This document shows, in pieces, positions 42,328 to 56,204 of a stretch of DNA of 64,000 bases. The stretch's first letter is position 1. Each line of letters starts with the position of its first letter. The translations under genes were made by a program, and so were the position numbers. This stretch comes from Octopus vulgaris (Eukaryota), in contig OX597815.1 in NCBI GenBank assembly GCA_951406725.2, positions 169,260,001 through 169,324,000 of the forward strand. The letters are read 5' to 3'. The notes below the pieces were generated by a model. It saw only the letters and a program-made list of their open reading frames with translations, had not been told where the DNA came from and searched no databases.

Positions 42328-43892
42328 TATATTAGTATTAATACCAAGAGGTAATAATGTAGATGTTCTATTAGAACAAACTTTACAGTGGTGGTTGCTA
42401 TGAGAGGAACTCTCACATCAGATGTTTGGTACAAAATGCATTCTTGCGACCCTGTTTGGTCTTGTCAATGATGGACACTCAACTGCTAGAGACTAGCAAT
42501 ATACAGGTTGATGACATAGATAATGTTTTTAAATAAAATATTTAATTACTAATGAAATTTAGTTCTTCTTAAAGCCATGTTACTTCACTAAATCAATTCT
42601 TTTGGAAAGAAGACCTGAAAGTCATAGAATTCCATTTCCTCATATAAATTTGAAACCTTGTTCGTGGTTAAAAAAAGAGTCCTCATTTCCTAGAACAACC
42701 ACTTCTGTAGCTTGTGAAGTTTGTATTAGACTGAAAAATGTTGAAAGTGAAAATATGTGTTTAAAATGGAATTTGAAAAGTCATAGGAAGCATATGAAAG
42801 TGAACAGAATTTCACAGTGATGTAGCTCTCATAATAAAGTACTGATTGTAATCAGTGCCTGGTGAAATACACTAGAAATAGAATGATGTAGAAAGATAAG
42901 TAGGGAAAAAATAAAGACGGGGTTGGGGTATAGCCAGTATACTAAAAACAGATCAGTTTTTAGTAGAAACATTAACACTTTTGTACGCTCAATTTCTAAC
43001 AAAAATACACTGTTTCAATTAATTTTCAAATAATCAAGATTTTGAAGGTTTATTATAATAAAGTTTTTAATTATTGCTATACTCCAAAAACAGCTTAACA
43101 AAAGGGTCTTAGATTAAAAATCTACTGGAATTTTACAGAAAGAAACACGCATTCCTATTCATGTAATAAGGTAAAAACTAAAAATCATAGCCATCACTGG
43201 CAACCACTATGAGCAGGTAGCATGTATCAAACTCTCGCTAGTTGTTTTAGGGGCCTATGTAGTTGTGAACAGACATCTTCTTAGCCCTCCTATTTATTGA
43301 TCTAGCAGAACATCAAGGATGGGAGAGAAAGAGCTGCACCAGCACTAAGTAGATACTCATTTTCAGCAGAATAGAATGGAGTACCAAAATATATGCTTTG
43401 TTCAAAGACACAATGTGCTGTAGGTCAAAGAATTAAATCCAACAACCTTTATGATCATGAGCCCAACACCCAAAGCACTAGAAATTGATTAAGATTTCAA
43501 TACAAACACTTTGATACATCCCAATTTTCAGTAGGTTGGTAATATGGAACCAGAGTTGTTCTCAGGTAAGTTAGTACTAAAAAACTTTAAAGAGGTCAAG
43601 TATATGACATTGAATAATGATGAGGCTAGAATCAGAATAAGGTGGTGATTTATCAGAATTATTAGATCCCCAACCAAAATGGCTTATGATATTTGTTCTA
43701 GTTCTTTAAGTACAGAATTCGAATTCTGCCAAGGACAACTTTTTCTTGTACACTACTGATGTCAATAAAATGAAGTGCTAGATCAAAGCAGCAAGTTGGT
43801 AGAACAGTTAGACCATTGTACAAAATGCCTTGCAATAGTTGTTCTGACTATCTATATTGTGAGAACCCTGATAAATGAGGTGAACTAAGCTG

Positions 43893-44255
43893 TATGCTTG
43901 CTTGCTTGAGACAGCATTCACCCGGGGTGAGTTGAACTGGCTTCATTCATCCTCAATGCTGCATCTCTCACAAACACTGACCAGGCCTGGCGATTTGAGG
44001 CTAACGACTGCGTGATCTCCAACCACTCCCTATTCCAGCGGCGAATGCCGTAGACATGGGGGCCTAGGTTGGGTTCCAGATCAGCCTAGACTGTCATCAG
44101 CCAGGTTTTTCGTTGTCCACCACATCGCTTTTGTCAACCCTGAAAGGGAGCTGGGGCAATTGCTTTGTAGATGAATTCTCCTGGTTGACAACAGAGGGCA
44201 TGACCCAGCCAATGCAGACGTCTCGTTAGCTGTATGCAGCTGATAGGTAAGTATC
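43893..44255 (-). mobile_element. RTE-clade LINE 3' fragment with (AAGC)n tail
   Basis: Minus strand: RRLHWLGHAL...GGQRKTW...LGPHVYGIRRWNREWLE...SNRQAW, then a tail of short GCAA/AAGC repeats. Confidence 0.75.
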
Positions 44256-45348
44256 TTGTAAAAGAAAAAAAGAAATAGCTGAAGGAAGGCAACAGAAAAC
44301 TCCCTTGGTATTTTCCAGCCAAATTTCAATAATCACACACAGCTTGTCAATGAAGTCATTAAGGGTTGTTCATTGAGCAGATGATGTAAGGCAGAAAGGT
44401 GGAAATTTCGGTCGAGAGGGGTTTGTTAATCAGCTAGATAGCATTTTTTCTAAATGTAGTCCAGAAAATAACTGAAGGAGAATAATCCAACTTTCAAAGG
44501 AGCTTACTGATAAATTATTATAGGAAGCGATAGCGCTTTGTAGAGTAACAACTTAATCAGAGGTGAAGTATTTCTTGGCAAGAATATAGATATGATCAGT
44601 ACTTTAAAGTTGTTTCTTTAAGATGGTAGCTATTTATTACTGGAGAAAGTGTGTTGGCTTAAATAAACATAGTTTCTATGAGAAAAGAAAGAGGTTTGAT
44701 GTTTCTGGTTCAAGGCATTTACTGAAGAAGAGAACAGAGATTTCTGGTGTAGAGGTTGAAATATATCAGCTATTCATCGCAACTGAAGTTGTGGTCCAGT
44801 TTTCACTTGCCTTTAATTAATTTTCTACTTATATTTTTAAACTAGATATAGAATCTCAAATTATCACTGAAACAGTCTTAGAAAATCTCCAGTAGTATTC
44901 AACTTCTAGTTTAGTTTTTTCTTTCTTTTTTGGTGACTTCTTGAGAATTAACAAATTGTTATTCATCTTAAAATTAAACAATAAATTAACGAATATGAAA
45001 TAAATTAATTCACTAAATTTTAGTATCGAATTGTTTACCAATAACTGCTAACATCCAAGTTAATGACAAATTTAAACCAACCACCATAAAAAAAAAGGCA
45101 CAAAAAATTATATAAAATAACAATAACCATTCTAATTGATTCTAGTTAGATACTATATGTATAGGTGTATAAGTGAAGGAATGGCTGTGTACTAAGAAAT
45201 TTCTTTCCTATACAATGGTACTGGGTTCAGTCCCACTGTGTGACATCTTAAGCAAGTCTCTTCTATTATAGTCCTGGGCCAACTAGATGCTTGTGAGAGT
45301 GAACTTAGTTCATGGAAACTGAAAAAGTGTCAGATATGTGTGTGTGTG

Positions 45349-45398
<50 letters not shown>

Positions 45399-47126
45399 GA
45401 TAGTTGTAAAATGATTGCCACTGTAATACAAGCAGTGTCATTAATTTCCAATGTTCTATGAGAACGTGTCCGGCCATGGGGAAACAGGAAGGGCACCCGG
45501 CCTTAGAAAAAATCTGCTTCAATAAACTGTCCAACTCATGCAAGCATGGAAAAGGGGATGTTAAAATGATGATGTATGTCGCATAACGAATACTGCACAA
45601 TTATTAAATGTAAACAGGTTCATGAGCAAAGTAATGAATTATCTCACGTATCGTTTAAATATGAAGTAAAATAAAGAAAAGAGTATTAAGAAGTAAACAG
45701 CAGGATAATTTGTTGAAATAATTATTATTTAAATATTTAACAAAGTGACAGTCATTATTTTTTGTTTGTGTGCTAAATTTTAATGTAAAAGTGACTGAAC
45801 ACTCCTAATTTATATGTTGGTTCTGAAAATATAGCTTTAGGCACTGTAGTGATAGTAAAAACAAATACATATCCTTGGAAACCAATGAAATAAATACAGC
45901 ATTGAAAAAACAAACATGAATTTGAAAGCCACTTTTTTTTTTTTTTTTTACCCTTAAATGCTCTGCTGTCCATATGATAGTCACATGATTTCAGAAGTAG
46001 TTCATTCAGGTTGTCAATCCTGTTTTGACAGGAAACTAAATGGGACTTAAGAGCAACATCATCTCTATGACTTTTATAAAAGAACTAAAAGTTTGGTGAA
46101 ATCTAGACTTAGAGAAGTTTTGTAAACAATATGATAAATAAAACTGTAGGCATGGGAGAAAAACAACAACAACAACAGGGCAGGCATAGCTGTTTGGTTA
46201 AGTTTGATTTGAAACCATGTAGTTTCAGGTTCAATTCCAATGCATGGCACTTTGGACATGTGTCTTTTATTATAGCCTAGAGCTTACTTAATGCCTTATG
46301 AGTGAATTTGGTAGACAGAAACTGTGCGGAAATCTGTTGTGTACATATATGTATGTCTGCAGATAGACAGATAGAGAGAGGGAGGGAAGAGGGGGAGAAA
46401 TATTACTTTGGGAATATTTGTGTTGGGAGAGAGAGAGAGAAAAAGGGGACAGGGAAAGAAAACAAAGAAAGTAACCTGTACAAAATTGTATGAGTGGTCA
46501 TAAAACCATCCCAGTTTAATAGAGGAGGAGTTTCTTAACTTAAAAAAAAATATTAAAAAAACCCTAATAATTTGTTTCAAAATAAATTCAATACCTGATA
46601 TTCATTTACTTACGACTAAATATTAATTAACTATCAGTAGACTAATAAGATGGAGAGAGAGAAAGAGAGAGAGAGAGGGAGAGAGAAAGAGAGAGTGTGT
46701 GTGTGTGTGGGATGATATGAGCATGCTATGTTATAAACATCTTTGAATTATTTCATCAAAAATTCTATTTATTAGAGACAATTGGTCAACTTCTGTTTAT
46801 CCAAAAAGTGGGTAAATTAATTAATACAATATTAAAAAGATAATCTCTTCAAAGTGATAATCACCTAGCCAAATTAGGATCAGATTTCCCTATTGAAATC
46901 ATAATATATAATTATGATTATAATGAGCAATTTGTAAATGCTAATGAAAGCCAGCAGGAGTAGCTGAATACAAAAACAAATAAAAGTTTCCAAGTTTTTT
47001 TATTGAAATATCATTCTTCAATGTCTCTTGGAAATTAAATCTAAATTAAAGAAAGACAACAACAAAAACATGCAAAAAGTGTGTGTGTGTGTGTGTGTAT
47101 GTATACATATAAATATATAAACTTAC

Positions 47127-47172
47127 AGCAATATACTGCCACTATAATGCATGCCAATTACTTCCACCATAG
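47127..47172 (-). CDS. Candidate short upstream or alternative ATG-containing exon of the TBC1D12/14-like gene (MVEVIGMHYSGSILL)
   Basis: ttattttcctcaaaaaccag|ctATG GTG GAA GTA ATT GGC ATG CAT TAT AGT GGC AGT ATA TTG CT|gtaagt. Consensus donor, ending in phase 2, compatible with the 13774 acceptor. No homology recognised. Confidence 0.3.
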
Positions 47173-48615
47173 CTGGTTTTTGAGGAAAATAACATTGAAG
47201 CAAAACAAAATAGGCTCGTCAACATCAAGTCTTTTTGTATTTAATGGTTAGGTCAATGACAATGATTACTTATATATCTAGACGGAAGAGGAAACAGATG
47301 CTTTAACTGATGGGAAATGAAAGCTAGTCTTGCTCGTGTTGGTAAATTGCATATGAAGTTGATTCAAATGAGATCAAACCGGGTGAAAAAAAAAGTTGGT
47401 GTAAAGATTGAATCATGTTCATTTGTGAGTAGTAATGATATTTCTCTATTTTAAAACAGTAATTGTATGAAGTAAACAAATAAGTGAAAGACATAGCTGA
47501 TAGCTAAAAAGATGAATGGCAGCTCATGATATCTCTGTGGAGTGAGTAGTTTATGAGTTTATATTCCTGAAAAGCCCTGTATCAATAGATTTGTCACTTA
47601 TAGTGAACTATGGATATACTGTTCATTCATTTTGCCACTTGGAAATGGTCTGAAGATATAATAAACTTCATCATTGCTATATTTTCTTTCACTTTATATG
47701 ACAGAACTTTACTCAAATAAGAATTTCTTAAATAAGAAAAACACATCTCAAAAACAAAATTATATATAAAAAAAAAATGGTATTGACACTTTTACTGCTG
47801 AAAGCAATTTTATATACCAGTCTGTTTTTGTTGAGGAATATCATTATTGAAACTATTTTTTGTCAAGTGTATTGAAGCAATGTGACTTCCAGTTCTAATT
47901 TTTTTTAAGGTAGATATTTAACTTCATTACTGGAGCAACCATGATATTTAATTTTGCAGTTAAAAGAGTGAAAGACTAATATTGTAAATGCAATTACAGA
48001 CATAGACTTGATTGGGTTAATTGGAGAGCAAATGAAGTAAAAATACAAAAAAAAAAAAGGTTGCACAAAGGAGCAATTTTAAGTTCAATTAAAATTTGCA
48101 ACACAAACAAAAGTAAAACGCATTAATTATATTATGTTACTAGATCTAAACAACACACACACACACACACACATATATATATTTATATATATTTTACAGT
48201 TGAGTAGATGCTCTAGCAATGAGGAAATATGGAATAAATAAATAATATGGAATTAATTAATTGATAAAAAATAAAAGCAAAATGAAATTGCCAACTAGCA
48301 AGGAAGAGAGAGTGTCATGTTGAGGTGAACACGTAATAATAGTCTTTAGCTGCAATTTAGATAATTCACTAAATTCTTACTTCAATCAGTCAAAGACTAA
48401 AGCTAAAGTGTGCTTAAAAACTATTCAACTACTCTGACAGGTGCTATAACAACTGCACTTAACATCTTTTTACTGAATCACACTTTAATTTCGGAAATAA
48501 ACTTGTTGCTTTTGTAAAGAAATAACTTAGGTAGCTATGAATATTTTTCCAGGATCAGCAAACCAGTCAATAAACCAGACAAGCGAAACATCTGCTTGTA
48601 TAATTCATATGCCAA

Positions 48616-48652
<37 letters not shown>

Positions 48653-49503
48653 GTATTCAATACACTTAGTCAGTTATGCTCTATTTCTTAAGTTGGTGGA
48701 CTGTATTGTATAAATCATTGTAGACAGCATCTAATAGTTTCCATATGAAATAAACTTACAATTACACATAAATAGTTTCTTTATAAAGTAAGATGTATGT
48801 TGTAAGGAAAAACAAAATAAAAACAAACATAGTTAACTGACTTGTCTCCCATATAATAGATTATTTCACTGCCCCTTGTGCTATCAGGTACAATTTGATT
48901 ATTGTCACATGTAATGTTTTAAAATATGACTTAAATCATATTCAAAGAAGTTTCATATGAAAAAATGTAACAAAAACTTTGGGAGTTCAACTCCTTAACA
49001 CACAGATTACTGTCAAATGTAATGCTTATTTATTAACATTGTTTTGATTAATCATGCATTATCTCATAGGCCTGAGTTTTCAATGATGTGATTGTTTATT
49101 TTTTTTTTAGAATGACATTGGAGGGTAGGTCTGAGAGGTCAGATCTGGCTGGTTTGAACATAAATGAAGTAGAATATTTGGGCCTGATATGAACAGTTTA
49201 AATACTAAAGTAAAACAGAGGTGTAAATCTGATAATGGACTTTCTATTTCTAACCATTCCAATTCATTTACTAAACTTGTAAAAAAATAAAAATAAAAAG
49301 CAACAACAACAAAAAAACAAACCCTTACAATCTTACTGTTTTACCCCACAAATAAATTGGATACTTAATCATCATCATTGTCTGTTGTTTTCCCATGGGC
49401 AAGGACTGGATGGGTCTTCTCCAGCCACATTACCTTACTACACAATGGGACCCCAGTCATCTCTTTTGTGAGATTCAGACTTGCGATCAGCTTCACTGCT
49501 TAA

Positions 49504-49640
49504 CCCTTTGAGCCTATGACATTGGTTTACCAATGGATGGCTTATTTTTCTCTATACTGTAGCACTGCTCTACTGGTAGTGTACCGGTGGAGTGCCTTGT
49601 GTATGGTCAAATAAAGTTCAGGAGGTCAGGGCTCAAAGGG
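49504..49640. mobile_element. 137-bp piggyBac-type MITE
   Basis: TTAA|CCCTTTGAGCC ... GGCTCAAAGGG|TTAA: perfect 11-bp TIR with TTAA on both sides. Confidence 0.8.
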
Positions 49641-50979
49641 TTAATGATACTAGTAAACTGGGGCAAGAATTTGAATAAGAGTATATTACTTGAAGATATA
49701 AATGCACGTGTGTGTGTGTGTATCGCTATCTGTGAATCATACTAAATGTATATACACCACTGAAAAACAATGTGTGTGTGTAATATGTATATATATATAA
49801 TCACCATCTGTATATCATTATGTAGATAGAGTGTTAAAAACCATGATGCTGTGATGTGTGTATGTATTTATAAATGCATAACTATATATTTGCATATCAA
49901 GCTATTTTGTATTTATTTTCCAGCATTTGTCAGTTGTGAAAACATGCTTTTACAAAACAAGATCATCATCCATCCATAATTTAAACCAACTTTACCATGC
50001 TGGCATGGGTTGGTCAATTTTTCTGTGATGGTATTTCATTGTGGGATGCCTTTCCTGTTGCTAACCTTATTAATTGCACTTTACAACATGAAACACAGGG
50101 ATACAATGTTATCTATTCTAAAACTGGGAAGCAAATAGTAATGTTTCTATAAAGTTAGATATAAGGTTAGGAATGAAATAGGTAGCAAATATCTGGAGAA
50201 TAAACATTTAGGTACAAAAATGAATATTAAGGAATAAATTGAAAACTTAAACAAGAAAATCAAAACAAAAACCTCAAAAATAATAAAAACAAAGCTGTTT
50301 CATAAAATGAGAGTAAGCAAAAGCATGCATAGTTTTGACTATTCCAAAGCTGAAAAAGACCCAACTAGGGTCTTTTTTTTTTTTTTTTTTTTTTTGCTAC
50401 TCACACACAGAACTTAAAATGATGAAATATCAAAAGTTAGCTCACCGAGAAAAAAAAATTGATATAGGTACGGAGAAGAAACCTGGCTGTGATTTATTCT
50501 ATATTGCCTGTTTCATCGATATCTGTTTTTTTTTTTTGTTTCCATGGATGTTGAACCTAATATAATTCAGTAAGTGCCAGAGAGCCAGAGTAAAGATATT
50601 TATTGGCGCTGAGGGTTTTGATAAACCTTCTAATCTGTTTCACCTTGTTTTAATTAATGGAGACTTTATGTTTATATAGGGTGGAGATCTCCCCACTACC
50701 ACCACCATCATCAGCGACCCCTTCACCCTCACCTCAAGCGTGAGAAAACTTTTTCACTTTTTATGTCATAAGCACACGTGGCCTATATTATCACACAAGT
50801 TAATAATATGAAGAGAATTCAAACGTTGAAATCCCAGCAAAGAAAAACTTGCTGCAACTGGAAAAACCACCAGTAAGTTTTGAGAGAACCAGCATGATGT
50901 ATGCAGAGTTGTAAAAGAACCATCTAATCCACATCGCAACAATAGGGGAAAGCAAATTACTGACAAGGACTTACATAAC

Positions 50980-51030
<51 letters not shown>

Positions 51031-51465
51031 GCTTATATATATGTGTGTATACACATAGATGTACATACATATATACATACCTATCGATCTATCTATCTAT
51101 CTATATAGATATCCATACACATACACACAAAAAAGAACATATGTATATATACACACACACATATAAACATACATATATAAAAATATATACATATATATAC
51201 ACATACATATACATACACATATATATACAAATACGTACACATATATATATACAAATACGTACACATATATATATATATACAAATACGTACACATATATAC
51301 ATACAAATACGTACACATATATACATACACATATATACATACACATATATACATACATACATACACATATATACATACATATATATATATACACATATAT
51401 TTATATCACACTAGCCTTGAATATACACACACACACACACATATATATACATATATACACACACC
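50980..51465. repeat. Compound microsatellite containing four ACAAATACGTACACATATAT units
   Basis: Units at ~51227-51320. Confidence 0.95.
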
Positions 51466-52249
51466 TGCCGTTTGGGTGACATTCATGTTAGCTCCTGCTG
51501 CAGGCACTTTTGGCACCTTTGTGTCCCTCTACACTAGTGTAATGTAATGGACTTGGACACATTCATTGTATATCTATCTCCTAAGTTTTTAGCCTTGAAG
51601 CTGCCCTTCAGGCTAGCTCCTGAGGAGTAAAAATAGGTGTGTGCGCACGAGTGTGTGTGTGGGAGTGGAGCACCATTTAATTTGCCCTTCAGAAATTAAA
51701 TCTTCTTACAATAATCCCTGGGAGTTCATGGTATGAAATTCATTGTTATTACTCCGATTTGGTTGCCAATACCATGTATTTAGTTTAAAATGCAGCAAAA
51801 GTAGGGAGGGGTTCAGTGGGGCCCTAATTAGGTGGCTCTTTAAAAAATAGACCCCCTAAGGACATTCCTTCACATTAGGGGAGTTGTTGGATTAAGTTTT
51901 GTTGTCCAAGCACCAACGGTCTAGAAGTTAACGAACATAAAAACGTAACGGACACAGAAACATCACTCATATATTAAGAAACAAATATATATACACATAC
52001 ATACAAACATACATATCATGTGCATGCATAAAAATACATATATGTATATATACACACATATCTATCTATCTATAGATATCTATATCTATCTACCTATCTA
52101 TATATCTATCTATATATATATATATATAAAATTAGAAAAAAAACACCTTTTATCAATTCAAAATGAATAATTACACCATCTAGAAAATTACATATAATAG
52201 AAATATTAAAATTAAAATAACAATAAAATATATTCCCTCAATTAATAAT

Positions 52250-52252
52250 TAT

Positions 52253-52284
<32 letters not shown>

Positions 52285-52290
52285 TTTATA

Positions 52291-52335
<45 letters not shown>

Positions 52336-52570
52336 GTATACATATATGCATATATAAACATATATACATATATGCATATATAAACATATATCCATACATA
52401 TATATGTATGTGTATATATATATATATATACACATATATATATATACACACACATATATGCACAGATATAACTATAAATATCTGCATACATGTACATGTG
52501 TGTGTATACATATATACATATATATGTGTGTGTGTGTGTATGTATATTTATACATACACACACACTCACT
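52250..52570. repeat. Compound (TA)/(CA)/(TG) microsatellite
   Basis: Directly visible. Confidence 0.95.
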
Positions 52571-54644
52571 CAATGAGAACTGTTTGGGTAGTAGAGCAAC
52601 TTTTTTAACTGAGAAATAATTGCTAATTAAAGCAACTGAAAGAGACACTCAAAAACAACTAAAACTTTGCATTGATTAGGTAGCCAGCACCATTTAAGGT
52701 GCTTATTTAATAAATTATGTAGAAAAATAAAACTCAAGAAAATCTAGGATCTGCAAAGAGACAGCAATTCAAATATTAGAAAATAACTGTTGCAAAATCA
52801 TAAAATAGCGTTCTGGTATGAACTTCTACATTCTATTAAAAAAAAAAAAATACATGTACACTTTCATTTCTGATCATTTGGTTTCAAGTCTATTTTTTCA
52901 AATGTAAGTTGGCCTCATAATAAAAAGACTGCTAAATATAATTGACATAAAATCCTAAATTTTATAAAGGAGAAGCTGATCTCTGTCTGTCTGTAATAAA
53001 ATCTGTGTAGAGAGAGTGAAGATGGGGAGGAGAGAAGTTATGTTGAGAGAGAAATACAGTGAGAAAAAAAAGGGGGGGAGTGAGTATACATGTGAAAGGC
53101 AGATAAATAGGTTGTGTTGTCACCTTAGTAACTAAGGTGTGAACTTTAAGAGCAAGTCTGTCAACACAACACAACAAACTTAAAAAAAAAAAAACTATAT
53201 GTATATATATATAATACATATAGTTATTCTTTATGGTGGTGGTGGCTATTTGTGTGTGCAAACGTGATTCTGTATGCCTTTCAATATATAGACAATGCAA
53301 CGCAAACATTAAAAAAAAAAAAGACTTGCACTTTGAACAGCTTATGAAAATATGTGCATGATTAACAGATATTTTTACCAGCAAGGTAGCAATGGGTAAC
53401 AACCTAGTCAGAATAAAGAAAACCAAAATAGTTTCATGAAAGTATTTCTTTAAGATAAAGGTTTAGCTCTCAAAAGAAATAATTAAAATAACTTGAAGGT
53501 ATTTTAACATCCTATATGTAGGTATGGTTGTGTGGCTAAGAAGTTTGTTTACCAACCATGTGGTTTTGGGTTCAGTCTCACCACATAACACCTTGGGCAA
53601 GTGTCCTCTCCAATAGTCCCATGCAGATCAAAGCCCTGAGTGAATATGCTAGATGGAAACTGTGTGGAATCCTATCATATGTATGTATATATAAATAGAT
53701 ATTAAGAATAACAAGGTAGTCAGAATGTTGGATGATTATATATATATATATTTTTTACATTTTTAGCACCTTCTGTTAATGGATTTATCAAAAATATATA
53801 TACAATATCTGTACATCACTTCAACCCCCCCCTCTCTCTCTACACACACACTCACATCAGTGCTGGTGCCATGTAAAAAGCACTGGTGCTGGTGACATGT
53901 TAAAAGCACCCAGTACACTCTATAGAGTGGTTGGCATTACGATGGGCATCCATCAGTAGAAACTATGCCAGACCAGACAATGGTGCCTGGCATGGCCCCT
54001 GGCCTTACTATCTCCAGTCAAATCTATCAATCCATGCCAGCATGGAAAATGGATGTTAAATGATGATGACATATGTGTATGTATTATACAGTGACTGCTG
54101 TCTTGTGCTCTTTCACTTTCAATGGATTTATGGTTTTCTATCAATGACCTCTCAAATGAAAATTCAGTCCTGCTGTTTTATATAACTATATACTTTCAAT
54201 GAATCAGGTCTGCACATGTCACTACTCTTCCATTGCCATAGGACATTCAGTATATGGAATGACAAATGAGGTCACCATATACTGTCATTGGCTTATAGCG
54301 ACAAATGCTTGCACAATATGAGTACCACTCTGAGTCTATGTGATTAGTACTTAGTAACAAACCAAAATGAGATGACTGACCTGTAAACAAGTGAAACTGC
54401 AAGTTTTACATCACAATGTCTATCTCCTAGAAGACTGTTGTGACAACAGCTAGCAGATCCCTCACTCATGGTGGTTTTTATTCACATGCTAATTAACCAA
54501 AAGTTAGAGCCAGGTCAGAGTATACAGAATAGACCAGTAAAACAATAGCGGCTAAAACATATTTCCACACTCCTCACAACCCAGGAATTCCTGAACTAGG
54601 TACACTACCACAGGCAGTTTAAAGTCATACCCTAGACATATATT

Positions 54645-55170
54645 CTTTCTTTCCTACCTTTAACCCTCCAACGCAGAGTATAGGCCACTTATAGTTGAAT
54701 TCCATGTCGCTTAATTTTTGGCTTCTGTACTTATACTCTGTCATGAATGTCCCCCTTTCTCTAGTTCCTTCTGTGTTGATCTATGCCATGAGTTCTTAGG
54801 CCTACTTCTCTTTCTATATCCATCCGGATTCCACTGTAAAGCACTTTTTGCTACATTTGGTGTGTCTTTTCTAATTGTGCTACTAATCCACTTCCACTTT
54901 TTCTTAAATATTTACTCCCTAATTGAAACTTGATTTGTTCTTTGCCATAGCTCCATATTGCTTATGTGTTCAGGCCATCTAATTTTAAGTATATTACGCA
55001 AGCATCTGTTGATGAATGATTGTATTTTCTTATTTGACTTAACTGTTGTTTGCCATGTCTCAGCCCCATACAATAACACTGCTTTTACGTTAGTGTTAAA
55101 AATTCTTATTTTGTTCTTTATTGAAATTACACTTGCGCTCCATACTTTCTTTTAACAGGTGAAAGGCGGT
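54645..55170 (-). mobile_element. RTE-clade LINE 3' fragment
   Basis: Minus strand: VLLYGAETWQTT...FINRCLRNILKIRWPEHISNMELWQRTNQ...KWKWI...ALQWNPDGYRKRSRPKNSW, the typical post-RT C-terminus of RTE elements. Confidence 0.85.
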
Positions 55171-56204
55171 CCTTGCCTTACTTATATCACCTGTTTCCTG
55201 CTTATTGTTTGGCTCCTACCCCATACTCTAGCCTATCCCAACTTCGGGGTCCTGCATCTCTCTCTCACCCACTATATATATATATATATATAATACACAC
55301 ATGTATGGATGTATGCACACACGCATATGCATGTGTGTGTGTACCTTCTTATCATGACATGACTAGATCGTTTTAAAAATGAGTCTCATGTCATACAAGT
55401 GGCATCTTTTGTTTCCATTCATCAGTGAAAAACCTGTTCAAGGCAATGTATTATTTCCCAATTGGCCAGACAAAATATATGTCTATAAGTAATTAGTATT
55501 ATTACTTTACTGTCTGACTTACATATTGCTGGAGGTGATAAATAAAGTACCAGTCACATATTAGCTGGTTTACTACATGCCTTTTTTGACTTCAATTTCA
55601 TGATAGGTACAACAGGCATATCATGTGTGAGAGTCGATTTTGCTGTCTAACCCATCCCTTACATTCTGTGATGTTATGGCAAAGTCAGGAAATATTCTTA
55701 TGAATATAATTCAAAAGAAATCAACATTATGCAGAAGAAAACCATTAAAGAAATCAATATGAATGCTGTTGTAATTCAAGAAATTGTTTTGTGGGTATGT
55801 ATGCATATGTGTATGTAAATATATATCTACATACATTAATGCATTTATGTATATATATCAATGGCGACTGACACCTGGGCTGTTCAGGCTTTACTTGAGT
55901 ATAAATTTAGTAAAGTGAATGTGTATATGCAAGCGGATTTAATTTCTGCCAACATTCAAATAAAGTATGTCAGTGCAGCCAATAACTTGGGCTCCTTTTA
56001 TTGTGCTTGGTCACAGTTTATCTATTTTTGTTCAGTGTTTGGCGGTCGTCTTAGAGGTGCCCTGTATCAAAAAGTATCATTCGTAGCAGATGTTCTCTAA
56101 ACATCGTTCACGCATGCCTGACTCAGGCTCAGAAGTTACAGCCTGAGTTGTTATCTATAATGGTAAAAATTAAATGCAATTCAAACATACCTAGGCAACC
56201 ATGT

